Virus record (IMG/VR): IMGVR_UViG_3300001865_000265
Origin: a virus
DNA length: 37,270 nt
Reading direction: 5' to 3' (one strand)
Shown here: one piece after another, positions 15,755-25,468 of the stretch
Layout of the letters: each line of letters starts with the position of its first letter
How positions within the stretch are numbered: the stretch's first letter is position 1
Position numbers and translations under genes: made by a program
The notes under the pieces: generated by a model
The model's database searches: none
What the model saw: the letters and a program-made list of their open reading frames with translations, nothing else
What the model was told of the DNA's origin: nothing

Positions 15755-17209
15755 ATGGTTAAATATGTAGGGAACGCTGGAAACTTCATTATTAGTAATG
15801 CTGTTCAACAAATTAACACTGAATTAGCAACTGACGTGAAAAAACAACTTAACTACAAAAAGGAAGGAAGTTATGTTAAACGACCTATAAAATCTGCACA
15901 AGCTGAACTATACTATGATAACAATGAGGCATTGGCTAATGTTGTAGATATTAAACAAGAAGATATTGTAAAGACTAATTATATTCACATTGAATCAGAA
16001 CTTTCACATGATATCGTTGAGTTTTATGAAAAGATATTGAATGATAATAAAAAGGATTTAGCTTTACTTATTGCCGATCATACTCTTTATGGTGCAGGTG
16101 CGGGTGAGATCCTTGTTGTTGATGAGAACACTGTTGAAATAGATCATGTACCTCAAAGGCTGTTAGAAATTATTTTAATTAAAGATAAAGAAGGAACTGA
16201 ATATCCACTTGTAGAAGTAAAGGACTATAATAATAAAGTAGTTGGCTATAACAGGTTATTCTCATTCTTCTATCCTGAAAACTTTTATACTGAATATAAG
16301 AAGTTTGAAATAGGATACATGTTCTGGTATGGTGGAGGACAGTTCGATGACTTTTATGACAAGCCATTTTATCTTCAGTTAGTACAGGACATATTAAGCC
16401 AAATATCTGTTAAAGAGTTAGATACTAAGACATTTAACAGTGGAAACCAATTATCCGGTATTGTTTATATTAATAAGTCAGGTGTACAATCACTGAACGT
16501 TAATCCTCCTTTTAAGGATGTTGAATTTGATCCAGATAACTTACCTGAAGATGATGAGGATCCAGTAACAAGTCCTGTGTTACCGGCTAATGTTGAAACA
16601 TTAAAAACGGAACTAGGAAAAGCAGGATTTGGAAATGCATTCTTCTATGAAGAAACAGATGATCCCATGGAAATGGGTTATGTCAATTTAACTAATAACA
16701 ACCAAGATTACGTTATTAAAAAATTAGAGAGCTATAAAACAGAGGTTTATCGTAGGGCTAAGATTCCACAGGAACGATTAATGGATTCAAGTATTAAAGA
16801 ATCTATGAACAGTCAGAAAACAGTTGCTATCTGGACTATCTATTTAAATAGTTTGAATTCTGCTCAACAGGACTTTGAACAGCTACTTAATGATTACCTA
16901 TTTTTTATTTATGATGAAACTTTGGATGTCAGTATCGATGTTCCGGAGTTTGAAGAATTCAAGATTGCCAGGGCACAACTTGCAATGGATCTTTTCAAGA
17001 ATGGTGGTTTAACTCATGAAAACTATGTTAAACAACTCAACAGTATCTATGAATGGGTTGAAACTGATAATCTTAACGATTGGTATAGTAAAGAATATTT
17101 CTTCAATGGTAAACTCTTATCTGACTTAACAACTGATAATTCAACTTCTGATTCTGGTTTAGATTTAGGTAGTGCAATGGGTGGTCTGCTTGGAAACAAT
17201 AACGGATAG
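15755..17209 (+). CDS. Portal protein
   Basis: Follows terL; 484 aa; DHTLYGAGAGEI and YRRAKIPQERL portal-like segments. Confidence 0.85.
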   Translation: MVKYVGNAGNFIISNAVQQINTELATDVKKQLNYKKEGSYVKRPIKSAQAELYYDNNEALANVVDIKQEDIVKTNYIHIESELSHDIVEFYEKILNDNKKDLALLIADHTLYGAGAGEILVVDENTVEIDHVPQRLLEIILIKDKEGTEYPLVEVKDYNNKVVGYNRLFSFFYPENFYTEYKKFEIGYMFWYGGGQFDDFYDKPFYLQLVQDILSQISVKELDTKTFNSGNQLSGIVYINKSGVQSLNVNPPFKDVEFDPDNLPEDDEDPVTSPVLPANVETLKTELGKAGFGNAFFYEETDDPMEMGYVNLTNNNQDYVIKKLESYKTEVYRRAKIPQERLMDSSIKESMNSQKTVAIWTIYLNSLNSAQQDFEQLLNDYLFFIYDETLDVSIDVPEFEEFKIARAQLAMDLFKNGGLTHENYVKQLNSIYEWVETDNLNDWYSKEYFFNGKLLSDLTTDNSTSDSGLDLGSAMGGLLGNNNG

Positions 17210-17999
17210 GATCATCAGAAATGCTATTCTCCAAAATAGGATCAGGATCCAAAACACCTGGAAACCAATCACTGACAAACTACTCAAGTATAACAAAAAG
17301 ATTATTGACGGCGTAGTAACCAAACAGGCCGATATTAACCTTGATACAGTTAAGACAAATGTTGAAACACTTTTTGAACCTGCTGTTTTGAAGAGCTATC
17401 AAGCTATCCTTAAAAGTCCTATGATTCCATCCACTGCTACTAATAAAATTTGGCTTGAAGGTCAAGCTAAACAGATTACCGATATGTTAGGTGTACAATA
17501 CTCTGATAGAATCGGTAAGAATATTGAAGCAGTCCAGAAAGTCCTACAAGACACAGATGTGAATATATCCAAATATGAACGGATGGCTACAGAATTTCCT
17601 AAAGCTGATCGACTTAAAATTGTAGAGAAATGTATGGAACGTGGAGAAAACTGGAAAGGCCACACTTACAGCTACAAAGAACTTGACCGGATGAATCAAG
17701 GTATGACTAAATACATCGATAACCGAGCCCTGCAGGATAAATATGAATTAAACCATGATGAAGCAATTGAAAATGGAACAGATCCTACTAAGACACAGAA
17801 GGCATGGGTTTGGAGTGGCCTTGAGAACACAAGACATAGTGAAATGGATGGACAGACTGTAGAACTTAAAGACACATTCACAGTAACTAATGAAATCAAT
17901 GGAGACACTGATGAACTACTTTTCCCTGGAGACTTTAACAACGACACTAATAACTGTTCTAATGTCTGCAATTGCCAATGTGAGGTGATATACTTATGA
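17172..17999 (+). CDS. Head morphogenesis protein (SPP1 gp7/Mu gpF-like)
   Basis: KAWVW...TRHSEMDGQTVEL...LLFPGD...NCQC motif. Confidence 0.85.
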   Translation: MQWVVCLETITDRIIRNAILQNRIRIQNTWKPITDKLLKYNKKIIDGVVTKQADINLDTVKTNVETLFEPAVLKSYQAILKSPMIPSTATNKIWLEGQAKQITDMLGVQYSDRIGKNIEAVQKVLQDTDVNISKYERMATEFPKADRLKIVEKCMERGENWKGHTYSYKELDRMNQGMTKYIDNRALQDKYELNHDEAIENGTDPTKTQKAWVWSGLENTRHSEMDGQTVELKDTFTVTNEINGDTDELLFPGDFNNDTNNCSNVCNCQCEVIYL

Positions 18000-19321
18000 C
18001 ATTTAAACTCTTTAATTCCTGTTCAAAGGAATATATCAAACTCCACACACCTAACTACTCAAAATCAGAATTTAGACAGAACAATAAAGGTAAAACAAAC
18101 ATTGTAGGAACTACTAATTTTGGTGCAGGAATAACAGCTAAAATGGGATTACTTAAAGGCAATGGTAGAAGTGTTCCGTATGTATATCTTTTTGATAGAA
18201 AGAAATTCTCAAATCAGACTGCTAAGGAATGGTTGAATAAGAAAATAAATAACAATCAACCTAACGATTTCAAATTATTTAAGGAAAACAAAGAACAGGG
18301 CCTATTCATTAAAACCTGTGTATTGCCGTGTAGTACAGATGAAGAACAATATCCAGATTGCAGAGACCAAGTATATACGAGTGAGGAAATTGCCACTTTA
18401 TTAAGTACAGAGGCTAATAATTGCTATTTTGATTTTAATCATAACAATAAACGGTTAGACCAGATTCATACTGTTCAGAACTACCAATCCAAAACCGAAG
18501 AAACAATTAACGATACTAAAGTCCCTGTTGGTAGTTGGATTAAGATTATTTTTAGTGAAAACTCTTTTTTAAACAATAAAATTACTAATGGAACAGTCAG
18601 GGGTGTTAGTAATGATTTCTCGATAGACACAACTAAAAATTATTGTAAATGTAATGGGGATCTTCCATCTGGAACAAATACGTTTCTGTATGAGGATGTT
18701 CCTGAAAAGGAATGTATTATTCAAACATTTCTTAGTTTTGTTGATTATCCATGTAATTATATGCCAATTGAAGCTTATGACTACGAAGAATATAAATTAA
18801 ATAATGGAGATGAAGCCATGAAATTAAAAGACGCATTAAAGATATTTAATAAAAAAGAAGACGTAAAACAGAAGGAATACACTATTGAAAATGCTGAAGA
18901 TGTAGTGAACATTGTTAATGAAATCACTGCAGACCAGATATCAAAATTCCAAGAACAAATTACAGAGCTATTCCAAGCAGTATCTGATGACATTACTCAG
19001 TTAAGCACAGATTTAAGCTCTGTTCAGGATTCAATCAGTGAAGTTCTTGGAAAAGATGGAGATGGATCAGGTGATGGATCCTCTGGTGATGGAGATTCTG
19101 GAGTACAGAACAATGATCCTAAATCAGATCCAAAGAAAGAGGATCCAAAAGAGGATAAACTTGACAAGATATTGAATAGCGTTACTGAAATAGGGGAACG
19201 TGTTGATAAACTTGAAGAAACAGTTGAAAAGGCTAAAAAACAGCCTACTGTCAAAAATAAGGCATTCATAAAAAATTTAAATAAAAATAAGGAAAGAAAG
19301 GGAATTTTTAACCGAGAATGA
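17996..19321 (+). CDS. Prohead protease (XkdF-like) fused to a scaffold-like C-terminus
   Basis: FNH...VPVGSWI...ITNGTVRGVS; acidic/coiled-coil tail; position before the MCP. Confidence 0.7.
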   Translation: MTFKLFNSCSKEYIKLHTPNYSKSEFRQNNKGKTNIVGTTNFGAGITAKMGLLKGNGRSVPYVYLFDRKKFSNQTAKEWLNKKINNNQPNDFKLFKENKEQGLFIKTCVLPCSTDEEQYPDCRDQVYTSEEIATLLSTEANNCYFDFNHNNKRLDQIHTVQNYQSKTEETINDTKVPVGSWIKIIFSENSFLNNKITNGTVRGVSNDFSIDTTKNYCKCNGDLPSGTNTFLYEDVPEKECIIQTFLSFVDYPCNYMPIEAYDYEEYKLNNGDEAMKLKDALKIFNKKEDVKQKEYTIENAEDVVNIVNEITADQISKFQEQITELFQAVSDDITQLSTDLSSVQDSISEVLGKDGDGSGDGSSGDGDSGVQNNDPKSDPKKEDPKEDKLDKILNSVTEIGERVDKLEETVEKAKKQPTVKNKAFIKNLNKNKERKGIFNRE

Positions 19322-19336
19322 GGAGGATATGATAAA

Positions 19337-20578
19337 ATGGTAGTGAAAGTAAACGAAACTCCAAAGTTTTTAACAGAACAAGAGGCAACAGAGTTATTCT
19401 CAAACTTACAGAATGATGCAAGTGTTGCAGACAGTGAAGACTTCATTGAAGTTGATATCAGTGACAATACTTATACAAATCTATTACTCCAAAGTCCTTT
19501 CTTTGATTTCCTTAAAACCAAAGGAAGAGTAATACCAACAGATTCAGCAGAAGGAGCATTTAGAAATATAGTTGTTCCAGAGGAAGCCAGATCTAAATTT
19601 AGTGATAATGAAACAGCATCAGATATAATAAACACTTCAGTAGAGTTTACAGCACCAAAATACAGTACAACTGTTGTAGCAAGGAGAATATCTGTAACAG
19701 ACATGTTCCAGAATGGAAATCCTGGATATGATCCAATGCAGGTATTAAGAGAACAGGCAACTCTTGATAACTACACTGCAGTTGACGAAGGAATGTTTAA
19801 CAAAAGCATACCTAACAAATTTGATGGAATAGGTGAAACTACTAAAAACCTGATCAATGCTGAAGCCGAACCGGTAACAATGGAACTCTTAGCTAGGGGA
19901 GTACGTCAAGTAATGAATAATGGTGGACGTGTTGATGGAATTATCGCAACTGGTGGAGCTGTTGAACAGCTAATAATGAGTGATGATCCACAAAATAAGA
20001 AGGTTTATCCTAACAGTGCTGATGTTATCCTTGGTAAATGGAGTACACAGGTAATGACTGCTAGTGGGCTTGTACCTCTCATAGTTGATCCTAACATTAA
20101 TAACAGATTTCTTAAAGCACCTTCAGCATTGTCCGATGCAATATTCATAATTGACAGTACTGCAGTTGAAGTGAATGTATTACAAGATTCAATTAGTAGA
20201 GTCCTTGGAGTATCAGATTTCAGTGATAAAGAATTAACAGGTACATTCCTAAGAATGGGAAACCTTCAACCTAAACGTAACGCTAAAATCGGGAACATAG
20301 CCTCTACAGATACACTCCAATCTGTTATATTCAACTTAACTAACAGTGTTAGTCACGCACTCATAGCAGGAGCTACAATTACAGTAACTCAAACAATAAA
20401 TAGCGTACCTATTACTAAAACAGCTGTTACAGATAATAACGGCCGTGCATCTATCAATGTGAACAGTGAAATAGACTATTCAATATCTATTGCTAAAACA
20501 GGTTACACCACATACACCCACAATTACACTGCAGGTGGAGCTGACTCATTTGATGTACAGTTAGTACCATCAACATAA
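19337..20578 (+). CDS. Major capsid protein (HK97-like) with C-terminal Ig/prealbumin-like domain
   Basis: Position and size; FDGI and VDGIIAT segments; last ~85 aa GATITV...TDNNGRASI...IAKTGY. Confidence 0.85.
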   Translation: MVVKVNETPKFLTEQEATELFSNLQNDASVADSEDFIEVDISDNTYTNLLLQSPFFDFLKTKGRVIPTDSAEGAFRNIVVPEEARSKFSDNETASDIINTSVEFTAPKYSTTVVARRISVTDMFQNGNPGYDPMQVLREQATLDNYTAVDEGMFNKSIPNKFDGIGETTKNLINAEAEPVTMELLARGVRQVMNNGGRVDGIIATGGAVEQLIMSDDPQNKKVYPNSADVILGKWSTQVMTASGLVPLIVDPNINNRFLKAPSALSDAIFIIDSTAVEVNVLQDSISRVLGVSDFSDKELTGTFLRMGNLQPKRNAKIGNIASTDTLQSVIFNLTNSVSHALIAGATITVTQTINSVPITKTAVTDNNGRASINVNSEIDYSISIAKTGYTTYTHNYTAGGADSFDVQLVPST

Positions 20579-20593
20579 ATGGGTTGATGCAGC

Positions 20594-20983
20594 TTGATAA
20601 CTGTTAAAACTGCAGAAAAGGTACTAAATAAAATTCCAGGATGGGTATTAAAGAACTCTGAAGAGGATCCAGATGAACCTCTTCCAGATTCCACTAAAAT
20701 CATTACTCTTGAGGAAGTTGATGATGTTTGGAGATCTGCAAATTCTAAAGCCAGACTCCACATCAGAAACAATCCTACTGTTTTTCATACAAAATTAATT
20801 AATGATTTTGTCGAAGCAGTTATATTTTGGACAGCCAGTGATCTCTGGAGGAAATATAATAGTAAAGTAGAATCTCCAGGTCAAGAAGGAACTTCGATAG
20901 ATAATAAGGGTAAAGAATTGTACTGGAGTGGCCGTAATATCTTAGATAATTTACGTACTAGTAAGTTGCAAGGTTTAAGCTGA
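20594..20983 (+). CDS. Head-tail adaptor (putative)
   Basis: Follows the MCP; helical, EAVIFWTASDLW. Confidence 0.65.
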   Translation: MITVKTAEKVLNKIPGWVLKNSEEDPDEPLPDSTKIITLEEVDDVWRSANSKARLHIRNNPTVFHTKLINDFVEAVIFWTASDLWRKYNSKVESPGQEGTSIDNKGKELYWSGRNILDNLRTSKLQGLS

Positions 20984-20990
20984 AAGGGAG

Positions 20991-21344
20991 TTGTTATTTT
21001 TGAAATTATCTGATATAACTGGAGTGGGTAAATCCACTGCAGAAAAACTTGAAAAACATGGGTATCAAACTGTTGAATCTCTTAAAGAAATTACAGTTGA
21101 AGACTTGACTAAAATAGGTATTCATTCTAACACTGCTGAAAAGATTGTTGATTCAGTTAAGGAACTTGAAGAGGTTCATGAGAATCTTACTTATCATGTC
21201 GAAGATGCTAATGAGTTTGAACTATTTGCTTTCAAAAAGTCTGAAGACTACAATGAAGATCACCTGGAAGAAAGTTTTGATTCATGGTATAAAAAAGTCT
21301 TAAAGGCAGATTCAAAATTAAAACAAGTTGAGGCTGATGACTGA
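20991..21344 (+). CDS. Helix-hairpin-helix domain protein
   Basis: LSDITGVGKSTAEKLEKHGYQTVESL...LTKIGIHSNTAEKIV tandem HhH; start may be the TTG at 21000. Confidence 0.75.
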   Translation: MLFLKLSDITGVGKSTAEKLEKHGYQTVESLKEITVEDLTKIGIHSNTAEKIVDSVKELEEVHENLTYHVEDANEFELFAFKKSEDYNEDHLEESFDSWYKKVLKADSKLKQVEADD

Positions 21345-21765
21345 AAGTGATATAACCACCCGAATAACTGTTAAAAGTGATACCAGTGAACTTGACAACC
21401 TAAAAGGGATATTTCCCACATTAGACAATGTAGTAGAAGATCTGACATCTAGACTTAATACGGCCTGCGGAAACCTATCACAAAGAATTGCAGTAGAACT
21501 ATTAAGTTTTGAGCAAATGGAATTTAACTACCACAAACACCCTTATGAAACTGGTGTTGGTGGTAACTCTTTTTATGCTAAAGATGATGGGGATAACTCA
21601 TGGATTGTAGATAACAGTGCAGAGAACAACGGATTTCCTTACATGGTTACAGAGGAACTTGGAAATAATCCAGGACGTAAACTACCACCACACCCATTTG
21701 CAGCTCCAGGACGTGAAGTCGTTAAAGATGAAATAAACGATTTATGGAAGGAGGTGTGGGGATGA
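21337..21765 (+). CDS. Neck/tail completion protein (HK97 gp10-like)
   Basis: PYETG...YMVTEELG...PPHPFAAPG pattern; position. Confidence 0.65.
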   Translation: MTESDITTRITVKSDTSELDNLKGIFPTLDNVVEDLTSRLNTACGNLSQRIAVELLSFEQMEFNYHKHPYETGVGGNSFYAKDDGDNSWIVDNSAENNGFPYMVTEELGNNPGRKLPPHPFAAPGREVVKDEINDLWKEVWG

Positions 21766-22268
21766 CTCTTGACTTAAGTATGGATGATCTGTTTAGTTCT
21801 GACATTTTACTTTTTGAACATTTAAAAGAAGTTAAAGATTCAAATCCAATTTTATCAAAATTTTTCCTTAGTTTTCCATCAGAAAGTCAAATCGAAAATG
21901 GACAATATGGGATATTCATAGGTAATGCTCGAAATGTCTTAGATGAACAAACAAGTCATGGAGATAAATATGTAGCAAGTGTTATTGTTCTGATAACAAG
22001 TAAACAGACTGACTATAAACTAGCAAAGATAGGAATCGACCTAGCAACAAGGGAACTAATCAAAGAAACCAAAAAATCTGATTTAGCTAAAAGGGGATTT
22101 AAATGGACTGAATCTCAGATTGTGTATACTGACAGTTTAGATATTAAATATCGTTCCATAACTTTCCTATTTAATGAGATGTACAGTTGGGAAGATGTTA
22201 ATTATGATGAACGTGTTTTAAAACTTGTTTTTGAGGATGTTGAACTTACAAAGGGAACGGAGAATTAA
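21762..22268 (+). CDS. Tail terminator (putative)
   Basis: Position before the sheath; size. Confidence 0.55.
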   Translation: MTLDLSMDDLFSSDILLFEHLKEVKDSNPILSKFFLSFPSESQIENGQYGIFIGNARNVLDEQTSHGDKYVASVIVLITSKQTDYKLAKIGIDLATRELIKETKKSDLAKRGFKWTESQIVYTDSLDIKYRSITFLFNEMYSWEDVNYDERVLKLVFEDVELTKGTEN

Positions 22269-22270
22269 AA

Positions 22271-22447
22271 ATGGTAACTAAAGAACCAAAGAATGCTAAA
22301 AAAGAACCTGAATTTAATTTAGATAATGAAAATCGTTATCTGGTTTCAGGATTTAAAGCATCAAAATATTATAATCCAAAACTGAAGGGTAATGACTTAA
22401 AAAAGGCTTTGGAAGAATTTAAAGAGTTAGGAGCTGATCCAACATGA
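22271..22447 (+). CDS. Hypothetical protein, 58 aa
   Basis: Hand-translated MVTKEPKN...ELGADPT; ATGA overlap with the sheath gene. Confidence 0.6.
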   Translation: MVTKEPKNAKKEPEFNLDNENRYLVSGFKASKYYNPKLKGNDLKKALEEFKELGADPT

Positions 22448-23574
22448 GAGGAGAAGTAAAACTAAATTTTATTGAAAAACCATATAGGGCAGTGAATAAC
22501 AATTATAGGAACATCATTGCCTTAGTAGCACCATTTAAAGATGCAAGCTTTGTGTTTAAATCTTATAACACGTTAGCTGAAGCAGTTGAAGGTGAGAAAA
22601 CATCTGTTAGTGAGGCAGTAGGATATGCTTATTTACAATTATTGTACAAGTATTTCCCAGACATAGATGAGATTGTACTATGCAATTTAACAACTAATAC
22701 AGCAACATCAGGAGATCCTGTCTATGATTACACTTTAACAAATGTAAAACTGGCTGCAATACTTGAAGAGTTAGATGAAGTAGGAATATCATTCCTAGTT
22801 ATACCTAATGAATTATCTGTAACACAACATCCAATTTACAAAGCATTCTATGATGAACAACGTGCCAAGATGAATGCATTTGGACTAATAAGTCCAGTTA
22901 CGCCAACAGCAACCAGTACAACTGATTTTGCAGGTACAACAATAACATCAACCAAGATGTTAACATTGCTTGATACCTATTACAAGGATGGAGGGTTCTG
23001 GGAGAAAATAACCACGGCCTTAAAATTAGTTGAAGAAGAGGACAATTTTAGTTTAGCTGAAACTACAGTTTATCTTGCAGGACTCACAGCTTCACTCGCT
23101 GAAAATATTAGTTTAACCCATTATATTCTTGATGGTGTAGAAGGACTGATTACAAAAGAAGCATACAGTACAGCTGATTTTGACTTGATTAATAACACTG
23201 GAGCACTTGCAACTAACTATCGTGATAAGATCCATAAAGTTGTACAGATCTATAACAGTGGAACATCTACTGTGAATGAAAAAATCAATAACACACTTGA
23301 CCTCAAAATAGAACGAGTTCATGCACTAATAATAAATGAATTCAGGATTGCACTTCTAAATGCCATGGGTGACGATAACGACACATTAACATACGATAAC
23401 TTTGGAAGCATAGCCAGGGCAATACGTGATAAATACATGATTGCAGGTTATATAACTGGACTAGACTGGACTGTGGATAAAACAGGTACAGCAACAATTT
23501 TAGTACCTATACAGGAACAGCAGAATAACATCATAACTGATATTGAAGTTGCAGGCGTATTAATCGTAGACTAG
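22444..23574 (+). CDS. Tail sheath protein
   Basis: 376 aa upstream of the tube; C-terminal IERVHALIINE...AIRDKYMIAGYI sheath-like region; baseplate genes present. Confidence 0.75.
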   Translation: MRGEVKLNFIEKPYRAVNNNYRNIIALVAPFKDASFVFKSYNTLAEAVEGEKTSVSEAVGYAYLQLLYKYFPDIDEIVLCNLTTNTATSGDPVYDYTLTNVKLAAILEELDEVGISFLVIPNELSVTQHPIYKAFYDEQRAKMNAFGLISPVTPTATSTTDFAGTTITSTKMLTLLDTYYKDGGFWEKITTALKLVEEEDNFSLAETTVYLAGLTASLAENISLTHYILDGVEGLITKEAYSTADFDLINNTGALATNYRDKIHKVVQIYNSGTSTVNEKINNTLDLKIERVHALIINEFRIALLNAMGDDNDTLTYDNFGSIARAIRDKYMIAGYITGLDWTVDKTGTATILVPIQEQQNNIITDIEVAGVLIVD

Positions 23575-23587
23575 GAGGTGTAAGGTT

Positions 23588-24046
23588 ATGGCAGTATTTG
23601 ATTTTATAAATCCAACACTATTAATTAAATTGAAAGAAACTGACAAAGACTATGTTGAATTTAAATTTTTAACTAGTTTTGAACCAAGTAATCAGGATGA
23701 CACAGATACATTATCTACAAGTACAGGAACTGTTCAGGTAGGTAACGCTGCTACAGGTGCAGAGATTAAAATAGAAGGAATTGAATTACCAGATGATGCT
23801 GAACATGCTAAACAACAGCATAGAGTTATTACACAGGGACGTAGAGGATTTTATGAGGCTAAGTTCAAAGGTGAGGCCAATACAGCAAATAATGAAACTG
23901 TTACTGAAGAATGGTTGATGCGTAATGGAACTTTCCTTGCTGATGACAGCTGGAGTCCTACTGACAAAATGAAACGTAAAGCAACTATCAAGGTAAGTGA
24001 AATTATAAAGACTGTAGATGGTTATGATGGAACAAAGGACCTGTAA
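23588..24046 (+). CDS. Tail tube protein
   Basis: 152 aa beta-rich ORF after the sheath. Confidence 0.7.
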   Translation: MAVFDFINPTLLIKLKETDKDYVEFKFLTSFEPSNQDDTDTLSTSTGTVQVGNAATGAEIKIEGIELPDDAEHAKQQHRVITQGRRGFYEAKFKGEANTANNETVTEEWLMRNGTFLADDSWSPTDKMKRKATIKVSEIIKTVDGYDGTKDL

Positions 24047-24075
24047 ATAGGTTCCTTTTTATTAATTTTTAGAAG

Positions 24076-24453
24076 GTGATTAATATTACAGAAGAAATTG
24101 AAAACAAACCCATTACATTAAATGAACTCGCAGAACAGAACGCAGGTAAACTATTCCAAGATGACTCGGTAAGGGATAGTATTGTTAAAGTTGCAGATAA
24201 AACTGTACAGTTCTCATTTAAGCCTATAAGGAAAAAACATTTCATTAAAGGGCAAGCAACACAAGATGAAGAAAAATTCATGAACTATATCTTGACTCAT
24301 AGTTTGTGGAATAAAGAAAAAGGTGAGAATGGTGATTTCTGGACTTTAGAAGAATTAAATAAAGGTATCCCTGATGCTTGGCAAGTACTTCTATTTGGTC
24401 AAATAATCGTAGAGTCAGGATTTAAATTTGACCCGAAAGACTTGGGGTTTTAA
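24076..24453 (+). CDS. Tail assembly chaperone
   Basis: Between tube and tape measure; start uncertain. Confidence 0.7.
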   Translation: MINITEEIENKPITLNELAEQNAGKLFQDDSVRDSIVKVADKTVQFSFKPIRKKHFIKGQATQDEEKFMNYILTHSLWNKEKGENGDFWTLEELNKGIPDAWQVLLFGQIIVESGFKFDPKDLGF

Positions 24454-24632
24454 AACAGCAACTAGACTTTGAAAGAGGCGAACTAGCATCTATTACTCGA
24501 TTATTTTGTAGTGGTGTTTTAACTGTTACTAAAACAGAGTATGAAGAATGTTCTCCTTTTGCTCAAGTTGCGTTATCTGTAATTAGTGAGGAAGTTATCA
24601 GATATAAAAGTAAAATGGCTGGAGTAAAATAA
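24432..24632 (+). CDS. Startless -1 frame ORF, probable frameshift extension of the chaperone (G-T-like)
   Basis: Open 24432-24632 (...QQLDFERGELASITRLFCSG...KMAGVK); no ATG/GTG/TTG until the last few codons. Confidence 0.6.
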   Translation, partial: PERLGVLKQQLDFERGELASITRLFCSGVLTVTKTEYEECSPFAQVALSVISEEVIRYKSKMAGVK

Positions 24633-24644
24633 AAATAGAAGGAG

Positions 24645-25388
24645 TCATCCAATGCCATTAGGATTGCTAAATTTATATCCATGAGCTATGTAGTCATCTT
24701 TAGTCCATCCTTCATGATATGGGGCTTCCTCTCCTTCTTTTAAATATTTTGTATTAGTACTTGTGCTACTCTCTTTTGATTGTGTATTTTGTGTTGTGGT
24801 ACTTGCAGATAAATTTTCAATATTTTGTACTGGATATCCTGATGCTTTTAACCAAGCAGTTAAAAAAGCTTCCAATGCAGTTGTATTTTGGTAGTAAATA
24901 GTGTATGTGGTGTTGTTAATTACAAAGTAAAAAGTATCGTATAGATCCACGTTTCCTTGTTTAATACCTGTTTTACTAATTGTGTTAGTTGTTAATCCTG
25001 TAATATTCCCAACTTTAAGTTCAGTGTAATTAGAGTTATTTAATAATTTTTTATATCCATCAATTGTCTTTGTTTCAGAAAGCATTTCTATTGTTGTATT
25101 TGAAGGAATGTGGTACACATAAACATCTTTTGAGTTATCGTGATACTTATCATAACCTTTATTAGATTCACTTATTCCTATCATTGTATTATTTTTACTA
25201 ATATTCACGGCTGTAAAATCTGTGTTAGATAATTCAACATTATTCACACCTGCAACTTCATTGATACTTATATTTGAACTATTCTTTGATTGACCAATCC
25301 CATATTGAGCTAACACTACAATACCTATAAAAAATACCACTAAAACAATAACGCTTATCGTTAGATTTCTTTTCGTTTTTTTATCCAT
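24645..25388 (-). CDS. Membrane-anchored surface protein (moron, antisense)
   Basis: N-terminal TM helix, many N-x-S/T sequons, GGAG RBS, opposite strand within the tail operon. Confidence 0.8.
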   Translation of the reverse strand: MDKKTKRNLTISVIVLVVFFIGIVVLAQYGIGQSKNSSNISINEVAGVNNVELSNTDFTAVNISKNNTMIGISESNKGYDKYHDNSKDVYVYHIPSNTTIEMLSETKTIDGYKKLLNNSNYTELKVGNITGLTTNTISKTGIKQGNVDLYDTFYFVINNTTYTIYYQNTTALEAFLTAWLKASGYPVQNIENLSASTTTQNTQSKESSTSTNTKYLKEGEEAPYHEGWTKDDYIAHGYKFSNPNGIG

Positions 25389-25468
25389 TTAACTCCGTCC
25401 AAATATTTCTATTCTTATTATTACTGACCATTTTATTAAATTTTTCTAAAAAAATAGGAGCATCACTT

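Noticed and set aside
19024-19467. Antisense ORFs over structural genes (this and similar short track ORFs)
   Set aside because: Ser/Phe-rich shadows of A-rich sense genes, without RBS
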